From NCBI GenBank assembly GCA_963781585.1, contig CAWAGQ010000013.1:480001-544000 (forward strand): a stretch of 64,000 nucleotides of DNA, in the 5' to 3' direction. The notes beneath the pieces are model-generated. The model was not told where the DNA came from and made no database searches. It worked only from the letters and a program-made list of their open reading frames with translations. A program made the position numbers and the translations under genes. Shown here piece by piece: positions 22,804 through 33,335 of this stretch (its first letter is position 1; every line of letters begins with the position of its first letter). The stretch comes from an uncultured Gemmatimonadaceae bacterium. Its GTDB lineage: Bacteria > Gemmatimonadota > Gemmatimonadetes > Gemmatimonadales > Gemmatimonadaceae.

Positions 22804-23055
22804 CTAAGCGCCTTCGCGCACCTCGACGACCTCGTCGGGAATGAGACCGTGCGCTTCCCGGTGGACGGCGATGGCCGATTCCTTGTCCGGGGCTTCGGAG
22901 AGACAGAACACGTCGCCGGTCGCCTCGTTGAACCAGTACTTGAGATACTTCACCTGGTACTTGTCCTGTACCGACAGGTCCTTCTTGTGCGCCCCCGCGA
23001 CCGCGTCGGCCGTCAGTCCCGGCACGTGCTTGTGTACATCCATGAACAATGGCAT
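22804..23055 (-). CDS. DUF4242 (SCO4226-like nickel-binding) protein
   Basis: MPLFMDVH, AHKKDL, YW..E..G.VFCL.EAP, VHREAHG; AAGGAGG RBS. Confidence 0.85.
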   Translation of the reverse strand: MPLFMDVHKHVPGLTADAVAGAHKKDLSVQDKYQVKYLKYWFNEATGDVFCLSEAPDKESAIAVHREAHGLIPDEVVEVREGA

Positions 23056-23353
23056 GCGCGTTTCCTCCTTACGGTGATTCCAGACTGCTTGTGTTCCACG
23101 ATGCGGCACCCAGCGTCCTGCAAACCTCGGACCCGCCGGCGGTCTCCGGAGGAGGCCCGCCACCGCCGGACCGCGTGGCGAGTGCCAAAGAACGACCTCA
23201 CGGTCTCCGCGAACGCGTTGTGCCTCTCGTCGCCTAGAAATGACGTGGGGCGGACTGGAACCGCAAGAGTGGACAAGCGCCGCGATCGCAGCGAACCAGG
23301 GACTGGCACCGACCAGGCGGCTGCCCGCTGATCGCTGAAACCTGTCCCTTCAC

Positions 23354-24211
23354 CTAACGCGGGCGGTCGCTCCCTTCCGCCGTCGGCTGATCGAAGATGT
23401 CGCGCATGACGGCTTCGAGTGCGGTGCGGAGCTCGGCGGCGGTGGCCCCCAGATGAAAACCCGACACCGCCACCGGACGCAGCAGTCCGGCAAGCGTCTG
23501 GGGTCGTTCTGCGTCGGGCATGCCCGGAGGCTTCTGCGCCGCAACCCGCGTGCCCCGCGCGCCTTCGGTCACGACCACCCCCAACCGCTCGAGCTCTCCG
23601 TAGGCCCGTGCCACCGTCCCGGGCGCGATGTCGAGGTCGTCGGCCAGGCGGCGCACCGTCGGCAATCGATCACCCGCATTCAACTGGCCCGTCGCCACGC
23701 CCTCCTGGATCCGCGCCACGATCTGTTCGTAGATCGAGCGATCCGAGGTGTCGTCCACCTGGATCTGAAACGGCGCGGGCAGGTCACCGCTCAACGCGGA
23801 CCGCGCGCGCTCCGCCGTCACCCCGAGGGCGTTCAACACCTGCGCGGCGACCCCCTTCTCTTCGTCGAGCAGTCCGAGCAACAGATGCTCGGTGCCAACG
23901 TAGTTGTCGTTGCGTTCGCGCGCGGCAGACATCGCAAGCTCGAGGACTTTCTTCGCACGCGATGTATAGGGAAGATCAGGGCCGGTCGTCATTGTCCGGC
24001 CCTCCTTCACCGCTGCCAGAACCTCGCGACGGATCACGTCGGGCGTAGTCCCCAGCCGGGCGAGCAACCTGGTCGTCTCGTCGGACGGTTCGCGAGTCAA
24101 TCCGAGCAGGAGGTGCTCGGTGCCGACGTACTCGTGGCGCTGGCGCTTCGCCTCAGCTCGCGCATGGACCAGCGCGACACGAACCCCCTCGGTGAAGTTG
24201 TAGGCGTTCAT
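23354..24211 (-). CDS. Clp N-terminal repeat domain fused to GntR (YtrA-like) HTH
   Basis: Two YVGTEHLLLGL repeats, then IYEQI...GDRLPTVRRLADDL...TVARAYGELE. Confidence 0.85.
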   Translation of the reverse strand: MNAYNFTEGVRVALVHARAEAKRQRHEYVGTEHLLLGLTREPSDETTRLLARLGTTPDVIRREVLAAVKEGRTMTTGPDLPYTSRAKKVLELAMSAARERNDNYVGTEHLLLGLLDEEKGVAAQVLNALGVTAERARSALSGDLPAPFQIQVDDTSDRSIYEQIVARIQEGVATGQLNAGDRLPTVRRLADDLDIAPGTVARAYGELERLGVVVTEGARGTRVAAQKPPGMPDAERPQTLAGLLRPVAVSGFHLGATAAELRTALEAVMRDIFDQPTAEGSDRPR

Positions 24212-24310
24212 CGTGCCAGTGACGCGTCTCCCCCAGCTGTAGCGCAGCATGACTGCCTCCGACGAAGTGCCTTCAGGACACTGGCTTGCAGCTTGTACCA
24301 GTCTCGCTGA

Positions 24311-24355
24311 ACAATGGGGCAGGGTCGATCTTGTGTCAATAGCGGTAGAACAAGA
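24311..24355 (-). promoter_or_regulatory. Promoter TTGACA-N17-CATTGT overlapped by inverted repeat TCTTGT-N15-ACAAGA
   Basis: TTGACA on minus at 24334-24339; inverted repeat 24329-24355. Confidence 0.5.
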
Positions 24356-24482
24356 TTTTCGATGGCCACCGCGTCAGCCTGCCGCGTTCGTGAACGCGGG
24401 AGCGTCGAGATGAAATCGGTCGACGCAGGGGGCGCCGCGCTGCCGGCGTGGCGCGGACTGCCGGCCGGCCCTGCGGCCCTCC

Positions 24483-24830
24483 TCACTTCTTCTTGCGACG
24501 CGCCCGGGGCTTCTTCTTCGCCGGCTCCTCGTTAGGCTCGAGCTGGATGTTGATGCTGCTGATCTCGTCCTTGAAGTGGTCGGCCAGCCGGCCGATGAAC
24601 GCCGACAGCAGTTGCCACTCCTTCGACGGTGGACGGCACCGCACCGTGACCAGCAGCGGACCGGGAGTCTGTTCCAGCCGCAGTTCGCCCGGATACCGCT
24701 TGTGCTGGAGACGCACACCGCCGCGCACCTGCGTCACCTCAAACGAGCGGATGCGTCCCTCGGCGATCGCCGAGCGGAGCTCCGTCTGGAGAGTGGGACC
24801 GTGACGACCGACGATCTGCACGTGGACCAT
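24483..24830 (-). CDS. Hypothetical protein
   Basis: ORF MVHVQIVGR...EWQLLSAFIGRL with basic tail; start uncertain. Confidence 0.6.
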   Translation of the reverse strand: MVHVQIVGRHGPTLQTELRSAIAEGRIRSFEVTQVRGGVRLQHKRYPGELRLEQTPGPLLVTVRCRPPSKEWQLLSAFIGRLADHFKDEISSINIQLEPNEEPAKKKPRARRKKK

Positions 24831-24965
24831 GACGCCCTCCGGAAGGTCGACGATGCGGCTGCCGCGAAGACGCTGCACGCGCCCGTCCGGCGCGCGACCA
24901 TAACGTTAGGCGTCCGGCGCCCCGCGCGCCATGCCCGATTTGCGCGGCGCGGGCGCGGGCGTGAA

Positions 24966-25802
24966 TCAGCCGGCAGTCGCCGGCTCCGGCGCCGGACGCT
25001 TCATCACGAATCCCATCGGGGCCAGTTCGCAGCCCAGACGCTGGAAGAACCCCACGCTGTCGCTGGTGGCGCCGATCATCAGCGTGCCGCCCGGCGCCAG
25101 CGCCAGCGCCCGATTCATCAGTTCCCGCCCAATGCCGCGCCCGCGATACGCGGGATCGACCATCACCTCGGGGATGATCGTGAACAGGTAGCCGTCGGTG
25201 AGCATGCGCAGCACGCCCACCAGCCGCGTGCCATCCCAGGCGCCGATGTTGCGCGTCCGGCGGATCGCGGCCGACGTCGGCAGCACGTCATAGCGGTGCG
25301 GCCAGACCCGCGCTGCGAGGGCAATGAAGTCGGGGGCCGACAGTCCGGAGGTGTCGTACCGGATTCCCGCGTGGTCCACGCCGGTCTCGCCGCGCGCATC
25401 GCGGCCGTCGGTCGACGGGATGGCCACCGCCGCTGGCCCTCCGACTTCCGCCAGGCGCGACGCCGCGTCGGCGGCCGCAACGCCGGCGAGATGGTCGGCG
25501 ACCTCCTTCCGGCGGCGCCGCCGCAGGTGAAAACGCTCCCACGACATCCCCACGATGTAGCCCGCGCCAATGCCGATCACACCGCCCAGCAGCCCCCACC
25601 ACAGCATCATCTTCGCGAAATCGTAGACCGCACGCGCGAAGTTGCCGTGACGGAAATTCACGTTGAGGATCTGCCACCGCAGCGCCACCGCGGCCATCAG
25701 CCCGATGGCGAATCCGATGAACGCGACCCCGTCGGTTATCCGGTTGCGCCGGATCGTGTAGTAGTCAGACAGGCTCCGCTCCTCGCGTCCGCGACGCCTC
25801 AC
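24966..25802 (-). CDS. Membrane-anchored GNAT acetyltransferase
   Basis: Two TM helices, then VDPAYRGRGIGRELM acetyl-CoA motif. Confidence 0.7.
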   Translation of the reverse strand: MRRRGREERSLSDYYTIRRNRITDGVAFIGFAIGLMAAVALRWQILNVNFRHGNFARAVYDFAKMMLWWGLLGGVIGIGAGYIVGMSWERFHLRRRRRKEVADHLAGVAAADAASRLAEVGGPAAVAIPSTDGRDARGETGVDHAGIRYDTSGLSAPDFIALAARVWPHRYDVLPTSAAIRRTRNIGAWDGTRLVGVLRMLTDGYLFTIIPEVMVDPAYRGRGIGRELMNRALALAPGGTLMIGATSDSVGFFQRLGCELAPMGFVMKRPAPEPATAG

Positions 25803-25805
25803 CGC

Positions 25806-27044
25806 TCATTGGTCATCCGGGGAGCCCGGCAACAGGGGTTCGAGATCGGGCGTGGTGGCCCCATTCTCCGTGCAGAGCGCGAACTTCGTCTCCCCGGCGT
25901 GGTACATGCACACGCCGGCGTGCTCCCCTCGCTTGTCGAGGACGAAGAAGCGGATGTTGAAGTTCGGATTTCCCCTGGCATTGAGCAGGCGCGCTTCGAT
26001 CGTGTTCGCCTTGATCCGCTTCAACGCATCCATGCCGGCGTCCTTCGGCGACATTCCCCGTCGCATGTTCTCGACGATGAGATACGAGCTGAGGTTGTAG
26101 AGATTCGCCTCGCCGCGTCCGGTGGAACCGGCCGCTCCCACGTCGTTGTCCACGTACAGGCCCGCGCCCAGGATGGGCGAGTCTCCCACCCGACCGGGAA
26201 TCTTCCAGGCCAGTCCGCTGGTGGTGGTCGTGCCGCAGATGTCGCCGGTGGGACTGATGCCGTTGCAGTTGATCGTCCCCCAGAAGCTCCCTTCCGGAAT
26301 CAGGCCGTCCCGCACCATCGACCTGCCCGCCGCCAGCGCCCGCTGCTCCCACGCCGCGTCGCGGACGCCCGACTCCGGCGTGCCTGGCCGTCCGGTCGGC
26401 GGCTTGGGGGGCTTTCGACCCGGTCCATTCGGGTCGAGCCAGTGTTCGGGGTCGATGCGGCGCCGCCACTCCAGCCACAGTTGTCGGGAACGCGCCGTGT
26501 TCAGGTCCGGCTCGATCGTGAACCCCATCTGGCGCGCGAAATCCTGCGCCCCCTGGCCCACCAGCAGATGGTGGTCGGTCATGTCCATGACCGCCTGGGC
26601 GACCAGCGACGGCGTCCGTACCCCTTCGATCGCCGCCACCGCCCCGGCCCGACGCCGGGGCCCGTGCATGCACGACGCGTCCAGCTGAATGACGCCGTCG
26701 GCGTTAGGCAGCGCGCCGTAGCCGATGCCGGTTTCCTCGGGATCGAGTTCCGGAATGTTGACGCCGGCAATCAGGGCGTCGAGCACATCCTTCCCTTCGG
26801 TGATGAGCCGGAAGGCGCGCTCGACCGCGTTCTCGGGACCGCCGTTCCTGAACTCGAAGCCACTGTAATCGGACACGACCACCGGCCGCACGGCACTTCG
26901 AAGGAACAGTGCCGGCGCTCCGAGGCGCCTGCTGGCGGCGGCCGGGTCGCTGGTGATGCGTTGGAGCGCGTCGACGGGCGATCCCGCCGCGCCGGCAGCG
27001 AGCCCGGCCGCGGCAAAACGGACGAAATCGCGGCGATCTGGCAT
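25806..27044 (-). CDS. N4-(beta-N-acetylglucosaminyl)-L-asparaginase (Ntn hydrolase), Tat-exported
   Basis: DRRDFV signal; QLDASCM; GTIN; TTTSGL...GRVGDSPI; TGRGE. Confidence 0.9.
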   Translation of the reverse strand: MPDRRDFVRFAAAGLAAGAAGSPVDALQRITSDPAAASRRLGAPALFLRSAVRPVVVSDYSGFEFRNGGPENAVERAFRLITEGKDVLDALIAGVNIPELDPEETGIGYGALPNADGVIQLDASCMHGPRRRAGAVAAIEGVRTPSLVAQAVMDMTDHHLLVGQGAQDFARQMGFTIEPDLNTARSRQLWLEWRRRIDPEHWLDPNGPGRKPPKPPTGRPGTPESGVRDAAWEQRALAAGRSMVRDGLIPEGSFWGTINCNGISPTGDICGTTTTSGLAWKIPGRVGDSPILGAGLYVDNDVGAAGSTGRGEANLYNLSSYLIVENMRRGMSPKDAGMDALKRIKANTIEARLLNARGNPNFNIRFFVLDKRGEHAGVCMYHAGETKFALCTENGATTPDLEPLLPGSPDDQ

Positions 27045-27259
27045 GGGAACGAGGGGGCGTGTGAGTCCGGCGGGCGCGGGAAGGCCCGGCGAACAAGCCG
27101 GTCGGAGCGAACGATTGGACCATGCTCCCGCTCAATGTACGGCGGAGCGATCGACGCCGCTGCGGCGGCAGGCGGCGTCCGGAGACACCGGTCGTTAGCC
27201 GAGAGCCGGTGCGCGATGTAGGCTAGTGCTGTCTCCATACCCTTTTCCGCCCGCCCGCC

Positions 27260-28033
27260 ATGCCGAAATATCCCGCCCTTGCACCGCTCACGATGTCGGT
27301 TCCCGCCGCTGACGGACTCGTGCTCCGCGGGTCGCTCACGTATCCGCACGGTCTCACCGGCGCGCGGTATCCCCTGGCCGTGCTCGCCCACCAGTATCCG
27401 TCGGCGCGCGAGAGCTACGCGCCGCTGGCCACCGACCTTCATGCGTTAGGCGTGGCGACGTTGTCGTTCGACCTGCGCGGTCACGGCGACTCGATCTGGA
27501 CACCGACCGGCGTGCGGGTGGTCGACACACCGGCCCTGCCCACGATGGAAGCCTTCGCCACGGCCTTCATGGCGAGCTTCGCCAAAGCCGGCTTTGCGCA
27601 CATCTCCGACGATATCGTGCGCGTATCGGCGTGGGGAATGACCCAGAATTACGTGGACCACGGTCGCGTGCTGCTGGTAGGATCGAGTGTGGGTGGCACC
27701 GGCGCCCTGCTGGCCGCCGCGAGTATCGGGAACGGGCTGCGTGGCGTGCTCACCTTCTGCGCGGCCGGCGCCCCGGCGCACGGATCCGATGCCGACCAGC
27801 GAATCCGGCGCAACTGCGAGCGCCTCACCGTGCCTGTCCTGCTGGCGTCGTCGGAGAATGATCCGTTCGATGGCGCGGCCAACGCGCGAGCGTGGAGCGA
27901 CAAGTTGTCCCACGTGCACGCCACCATCGTGAAGGGCGCGGATCACGGAATGGCCATCTACTACGCGGTTCGGAAGGAAGTCCAGGGCTTCGCGGCCCGC
28001 GCGCTGGGCATCAAGCGGCCGCGCGCGAAATAG
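27260..28033 (+). CDS. Alpha/beta hydrolase
   Basis: FDLRGHGDS, GSSVGG nucleophile elbow, late His (ADHG). Confidence 0.8.
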   Translation: MPKYPALAPLTMSVPAADGLVLRGSLTYPHGLTGARYPLAVLAHQYPSARESYAPLATDLHALGVATLSFDLRGHGDSIWTPTGVRVVDTPALPTMEAFATAFMASFAKAGFAHISDDIVRVSAWGMTQNYVDHGRVLLVGSSVGGTGALLAAASIGNGLRGVLTFCAAGAPAHGSDADQRIRRNCERLTVPVLLASSENDPFDGAANARAWSDKLSHVHATIVKGADHGMAIYYAVRKEVQGFAARALGIKRPRAK

Positions 28034-28193
28034 CGGGCGGCGCAATTCGCGCGGACCGCATGCGGGTCGGGACGACGAGGCAATCTTCCGGTGCTCCCGG
28101 ACGGCCCGGTGGCGAGGTGCGCTGTCCCTTCCCCGATGCCATACCCGCGAGCGAGTTTCCCTCGATCATCCATACCGCGGCGGGGGAGTCGAG

Positions 28194-28712
28194 ATGCATC
28201 CTGCGAACAGCAAGTGGGAGAGGGCCGGAACCATCGATCCGGGCGCGGACATCGGCCACGCGCACCTCAAGGTGGCCGATCTCGATCGTGCGCTCGACTT
28301 CTACTGTGGCGTGCTGGGCTTCGAGCTGATGCAGTACTACGGCGATTCGGCGGCGTTCGTCTCGGCCGGCGGATACCATCACCACATCGGTCTCAACACC
28401 TGGCACAGCAAGGGTGGATCGCCCCCGCCGCGCAACGCGACCGGCCTGTATCACGTGGCGATCCGATACCCGACCAGAGCGGCGCTGGCCCAGGCAGCGC
28501 GGCGTCTGGTGGATGCCGGGGTGCGGTTGCACGGGGCCAGCGACCACGGAGTGAGCGAAGCGCTCTACCTCGCCGATCCCGATGGGAACGGTCTCGAGCT
28601 GTACCGGGATCGGCCGCCGGATGAGTGGCCTCGCGCCGCCGGCGGGGAGATCGCGATGGTCAGCGAGCCGCTCGACGTGGATGCCCTGCTGGCGGAGGCC
28701 GGCATATCGTGA
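28194..28712 (+). CDS. VOC/glyoxalase family protein (CatE-like)
   Basis: IGHAHLKVADL, GGYHHHIGLNTW, DHGVSEALYLADPDGNGLELY. Confidence 0.9.
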   Translation: MHPANSKWERAGTIDPGADIGHAHLKVADLDRALDFYCGVLGFELMQYYGDSAAFVSAGGYHHHIGLNTWHSKGGSPPPRNATGLYHVAIRYPTRAALAQAARRLVDAGVRLHGASDHGVSEALYLADPDGNGLELYRDRPPDEWPRAAGGEIAMVSEPLDVDALLAEAGIS

Positions 28713-29989
28713 TGGGCGCAGCCGGCGCCACGGTTGCGGCGGTTCCCTGGTATCGCACCATCACGCGGGCGCAGTGGCGGGCTCTGGTCGCGGCCAAGCT
28801 GGGGTGGATGCTGGACTCGATGGACTTCATGCTGTACGTGATGGCCGTCGGGCGGCTCAAGAGCTACTTCGGGTTCAGCGACGCCACGGCCGGATTGCTC
28901 GGCACCGTGACGCTGCTGACGTCGGCGGTAGGGGGAATTCTGTTCGGTCTGGTGGCCGACCGGATCGGGCGGGCCCGGGCGCTGATCGTGACCATCCTGA
29001 TCTTCTCCGTATGCTCGTTAGGTGCGGCCACCTCGCAGGCGGTCTGGCAACTGATGCTCTGGCGTACGGTCCTCGGGATCGGGATGGGCGGCGAATGGGC
29101 CTCGGGGGCGGTGCTGGTGAGCGAGACCTGGCCGGCGGAGCATCGCACCAAGGCGGTGAGCATCATGCAGTCGGGGTGGGCGCTGGGGTACATCCTTGCC
29201 GCCCTGATCGCCGCCCTGGTCCTCGACGTACTGCCGTTAGGCGATGCGGCGTGGCGATGGCTGTTCGTGGCAGGCGTGCTGCCGGCGCTGTTCACGCTCT
29301 GGATCCGTCGCCAGGTCGCCGAACCCGAGGCCTGGGTGCAGCGGCAATCCGGCAGGCGCCAGTCGGGCCGCCCGTTTGCGACGCTGTTCAGCCAGACGTT
29401 CCGGCGCCGGACGGTGCTCGCCACCCTGCTCTCGGCGTTCGTCCAGTTCGCGAACTGGGGGCTCTTCTTCTGGCTCCCGGGTTTTCTGGCCAGGCCCCTG
29501 GAACAGGGCGGCGCGGGGATGTCGATCATCCGCTCCACGGGCTGGATCATTCCGGTGCAGATCGGCGCCTACATCGGTTACAACTCGTTCGGCTTCATTT
29601 CCGACCGGCTCGGGCGCCGTCGCACGTTCATCGGCTATCTGGTCACGGCCGCGATCCTGGTGCCGCTCTACGGCCAGATGGCGCGGAGCCCGCTGGTGCT
29701 GATGGCGCTCGGCCCGCTGCTCGGCTTCGTCGGCTACGGCTACTTCAGCATGTTCGGATCGTTCCTGGCCGAGTTGTTCCCGACCGCGGTTCGCGCCACC
29801 GGCCAGGGACTCACCTACAACCTCGGACGCGGGCTGGGCGCGCTTGCGCCGTACACCATCGGCTACGTGGCCACCCTGCCTAACGTCGGGATCGGATCCG
29901 CGCTCGGCCTCACCTCGGCCTTCTTCCTGGCCGGTGCCCTGCTGAGCCTGGCCTTTCCGGACCGGAGCCGACAGCCTCTGGATGACTGA
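28712..29989 (+). CDS. MFS transporter
   Basis: GWMLDSMD, ADRIGRARAL, GMGGEW, ELFPT. Confidence 0.9.
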   Translation: MGAAGATVAAVPWYRTITRAQWRALVAAKLGWMLDSMDFMLYVMAVGRLKSYFGFSDATAGLLGTVTLLTSAVGGILFGLVADRIGRARALIVTILIFSVCSLGAATSQAVWQLMLWRTVLGIGMGGEWASGAVLVSETWPAEHRTKAVSIMQSGWALGYILAALIAALVLDVLPLGDAAWRWLFVAGVLPALFTLWIRRQVAEPEAWVQRQSGRRQSGRPFATLFSQTFRRRTVLATLLSAFVQFANWGLFFWLPGFLARPLEQGGAGMSIIRSTGWIIPVQIGAYIGYNSFGFISDRLGRRRTFIGYLVTAAILVPLYGQMARSPLVLMALGPLLGFVGYGYFSMFGSFLAELFPTAVRATGQGLTYNLGRGLGALAPYTIGYVATLPNVGIGSALGLTSAFFLAGALLSLAFPDRSRQPLDD

Positions 29990-30013
29990 GCGCGCCTTGG
30001 GCCGGAGCTCGCG

Positions 30014-33000
30014 ATGAACCGCCGACGTGTTCGTTCTTCCGCCCGTGTGATCGGGCTCGGGATCACGGCCCTCGTGCTGTGCGGCGACGCGGTGGTTGCG
30101 CAACGGACCAGGCCGCCGCGGCCAACGGCGGCAGCGCCCGTGCCGCCGCCGCCGCGGGTCGCGCCACTCACCACGTACCTCGACCAGGAATTCCTCGGCG
30201 GGCTCCGCTATCGGATGGTCGGGCCGGCGCGCGGAGGGCGCGTCACTGCGGTCACCGGCGTTCCACGGGAACCGCTCACGTTCTACATGGGCTCGACCGG
30301 GGGCGGAGTCTGGAAGACGACCGACGCCGGCCAGACGTGGACGAACGTCAGCGACGGGTTCCTCGCGGTGGGTTCGATCGGCGCCATCGACGTGTCGAAG
30401 TCCGATCCGAACGTGATCTACGTTGGTACGGGGTCAGATGCGCTGCGGTCGAACGTGTCGATCGGGAAGGGTGTGTACCGTTCCACCAACGCTGGCCGGA
30501 CCTGGCAGTTTGTCGGTCTCGACCGCGCGGGGAATATCGGCGCGGTGGCAATTCACCCCGGAACGCCCCGCATCGTATTCGTGGCCGCACTCGGAAATCC
30601 GTTCGCCGCGAATCCGGAACGCGGTGTATATCGGACCACGAACAGCGGCGATACCTGGGAGCGGGTGCTGCACGTGTCGGACAGCACGGGCGCGGTGGAC
30701 GTGGAATTGCAGCCCGGCAATTCCCGGGTCGTGTACGCATCCATGTGGCGTGCCGAGCGAAAGCCGTGGACGATCATCTCCGGGGCGCGCGAAGGGGGCA
30801 TCTACAAGAGCGCCGACGGCGGCACGACGTGGCGGAAGCTGACCAACGGGCTGCCCGATGGTCTGGTCGGGAAGAGCAACATCGCCGTCACTCCCGCCGA
30901 TTCGGACATCGTCTACGTCCTCATGGAAGCGAGGCCCGGCGGCGGGCTGTATCGCTCTGACGACGCCGGTGAGTCGTTTCACCTGGTGAGCGACTACCCC
31001 CCGCTGCTCTCCCGCCCGTTCTACTACACGGACCTGGCGGTCGATCCGCACGACCCGGACATCGTCTGGGTGGGCACCGAGGACCTGTATCGCAGCGGAG
31101 ACGGTGGCCACACCTGGCGGGTGCAGCAGAATCCGCACGGCGACAACCACGATCTGTGGATCAATCCCAACGCCGCCGACATCATGATCCAGGCGAACGA
31201 CGGCGGCGCCACGGTGACGCTCAACGGCGGCGGGACGTGGTCCAGCCTCTACAACCAGCCGACCGCCGAGATCTATCAGGTGGCAGCCGACAACCAGTTT
31301 CCGTACCGGCTGTACGGCGCGCAGCAGGACAACACCACGCTCATCGTCCCGAGTCTGCCGCTCTCGTCAGGCAGCGCCGACAGTCCGGTGCAGACATGGC
31401 GGGCGGGCCCGGGGTGCGAGACCGGTCCGATTCTGCCGCACCCGGTCGATCCCGACACGGTGTATGGCTCCTGCAAGGGGCGGTTCTCGCGAATGAACCT
31501 GAGGACGGGGCAGGAGAAGCAGTACTGGGTGGGAGCGCAATCACTGTACGGAAACACCGGGGCGGCGCTGATCTACCGGTTTCAGCGGGTCGCGCCGATG
31601 GAGATCTCTCCCCACGATCCGCGGGTGATCTACTACGGATCGCAGTACGTCCATCGGACGCGCGACGAAGGCGTGACCTGGGAGCGCATTTCGCCGGATC
31701 TGACCTGGAATCCCCCGGAGCGACAGAACCGTCCCAGCGGTGAGCCCATCACGATCGACGTCACCGGTGAGGAGACCTACAGCGCGCTGTACGCCATCCG
31801 CGAATCACCCCGGGAGGCCGGCGTGATCTGGACCGGCGCGAACGATGGCCCGTTCTACGTGACCCGAGACGATGGCAGGCACTGGACGAACGTCACCCCC
31901 GCCGGGCAGCCTCCCGGCTGCCGGGTGCAGAACATCGAGCCGTCGCCTGCCAGCCGGGGGTCCGCGTATTACGCGGTGACCTGCTACCTGACAGGCGACT
32001 TCCGCCCGTGGCTGTGGCGCACCGATGACTACGGCGCACACTGGACGCTGCTCACCGATGGCACCAACGGCATTCCGCGCGACGAACCGACGCGGGTGGT
32101 GCGCGAGGACCCGGACCGCGAGGGCCTGCTGTATGCCGGCACCGAGTTCGGACTCTATGTCACGTTCGATGCCGGAAAGACGTGGCGTTCGCTCCAGCTC
32201 AATCTGCCGCACACACCGGTCACGGACCTGCGCGTGTTCCGGCAGGACCTCGTGATATCCACTCAGGGTCGCGGGTTCTGGATTCTCGACAACCTGACGC
32301 CGCTCCACCAACTGACGGACGCCATCGCGACCGGACCGGCGCATCTCTTCGCGCCACGGCCGGCGTACCGCATGCGCTACGCGCGAGGGTTTGGCGGAGC
32401 GGACGTTCGGCGCGATGAGCCGTCGGATCCCGGCTACCCGCCGCCGGGAGCCGCGATCGACTTCTGGCTTTCCCCCGACGCGTCGCGCGAGCCGGTGACC
32501 CTGGAGATTCTCGATTCCCTCGGGAACGTGGAGCGGCGGTTCGAAGCGGTCGATCGGTCCGCACGCGCGGCCGTCAGTGACCGCGTCGAGGACGACGCGC
32601 AGGATCGCCTGACGCGGCAGGCGGGCGTCAACCGTTTCGTCTGGGACCTGGCCCTGCCGGGACCGCGCGCGATGCACGGATCGCGAGGGCTGCGCGGTCC
32701 GTTGGTCGTTCCCGGTGCCTATCGAGTCCGTCTCACGGCGGGGAGCTATCGCGCCGAGCGACCGCTCACGCTGCGGATCGATCCGCGGGTGGCCGCCGAC
32801 GGCGTGTCGTCGGCGGATCTGCGCGAGCAACTGGAGCACAACCTGCAGGTGCGCGATCTGGTGAGCGAAGTGAACGATCTGGTGGACCGCGTGGACGTGG
32901 CGCGCGCGCGACTGGCTGGTGCGGCGGGAGTGGCGGCGGACACGCTGGCGAAGCTGAACGCGTTGCGTGCCACGCTCGTCACCTCCGCGGTGCGCTACTC

Positions 33001-33190
33001 GGAGCCGCAACTGCAAGCGCAGATCACGTATCTGTACGGCATGACGACGACCGCGGACCAGAAGATCGGGCGGGACGCGGTGGAGCGATATCGGGCTCTC
33101 CGCGGCGAGTTGGACGATCGCGAGCGGGAAGGTCGGGCTCTGGGCGTTGGGGGTGTGGGACAGAAGAAGGCCAAAGGTCCAAGGTCATAG
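30014..33190 (+). CDS. Secreted VPS10/BNR-repeat beta-propeller (glycosyl hydrolase-like)
   Basis: GPARGGRV and repeated S/TxDxGxTW Asp-boxes. Confidence 0.88.
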   Translation: MNRRRVRSSARVIGLGITALVLCGDAVVAQRTRPPRPTAAAPVPPPPRVAPLTTYLDQEFLGGLRYRMVGPARGGRVTAVTGVPREPLTFYMGSTGGGVWKTTDAGQTWTNVSDGFLAVGSIGAIDVSKSDPNVIYVGTGSDALRSNVSIGKGVYRSTNAGRTWQFVGLDRAGNIGAVAIHPGTPRIVFVAALGNPFAANPERGVYRTTNSGDTWERVLHVSDSTGAVDVELQPGNSRVVYASMWRAERKPWTIISGAREGGIYKSADGGTTWRKLTNGLPDGLVGKSNIAVTPADSDIVYVLMEARPGGGLYRSDDAGESFHLVSDYPPLLSRPFYYTDLAVDPHDPDIVWVGTEDLYRSGDGGHTWRVQQNPHGDNHDLWINPNAADIMIQANDGGATVTLNGGGTWSSLYNQPTAEIYQVAADNQFPYRLYGAQQDNTTLIVPSLPLSSGSADSPVQTWRAGPGCETGPILPHPVDPDTVYGSCKGRFSRMNLRTGQEKQYWVGAQSLYGNTGAALIYRFQRVAPMEISPHDPRVIYYGSQYVHRTRDEGVTWERISPDLTWNPPERQNRPSGEPITIDVTGEETYSALYAIRESPREAGVIWTGANDGPFYVTRDDGRHWTNVTPAGQPPGCRVQNIEPSPASRGSAYYAVTCYLTGDFRPWLWRTDDYGAHWTLLTDGTNGIPRDEPTRVVREDPDREGLLYAGTEFGLYVTFDAGKTWRSLQLNLPHTPVTDLRVFRQDLVISTQGRGFWILDNLTPLHQLTDAIATGPAHLFAPRPAYRMRYARGFGGADVRRDEPSDPGYPPPGAAIDFWLSPDASREPVTLEILDSLGNVERRFEAVDRSARAAVSDRVEDDAQDRLTRQAGVNRFVWDLALPGPRAMHGSRGLRGPLVVPGAYRVRLTAGSYRAERPLTLRIDPRVAADGVSSADLREQLEHNLQVRDLVSEVNDLVDRVDVARARLAGAAGVAADTLAKLNALRATLVTSAVRYSEPQLQAQITYLYGMTTTADQKIGRDAVERYRALRGELDDREREGRALGVGGVGQKKAKGPRS

Positions 33191-33225
33191 GCCAAGCGAG
33201 AAGGCCATAGGTCAAAGGCCATAGG
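33167..33225 (+). repeat. Degenerate heptamer tandem repeat (NAGGYCA)
   Basis: aaggcca aaggtcc aaggtca taggcca ... aaggcca taggtca aaggcca. Confidence 0.7.
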
Positions 33226-33287
33226 GACGGAAGCCGGTCAGCGACCAGACGCTGTGGGGCCTTTTCGGGTTGACGCGCAGGCATCGC

Positions 33288-33312
33288 ACTTTGTGACGAA
33301 AAGTACTTGACA
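33288..33312 (+). promoter_or_regulatory. Inverted repeat ACTTT-N7-AAAGT next to -35 TTGACA
   Basis: 33288-33304 inverted repeat; TTGACA 33307-33312 upstream of operon encoding a wHTH regulator. Confidence 0.55.
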
Positions 33313-33335
33313 TTGCACCGCGCCACCGGCAGGTT

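Noticed and set aside
24576..27221. 881-aa plus-strand ORF and similar long shadow ORFs (10512-12800, 42791-44749)
   Set aside because: Antisense shadows of recognisable genes, with Arg/Pro-rich composition typical of high-GC non-coding frames.
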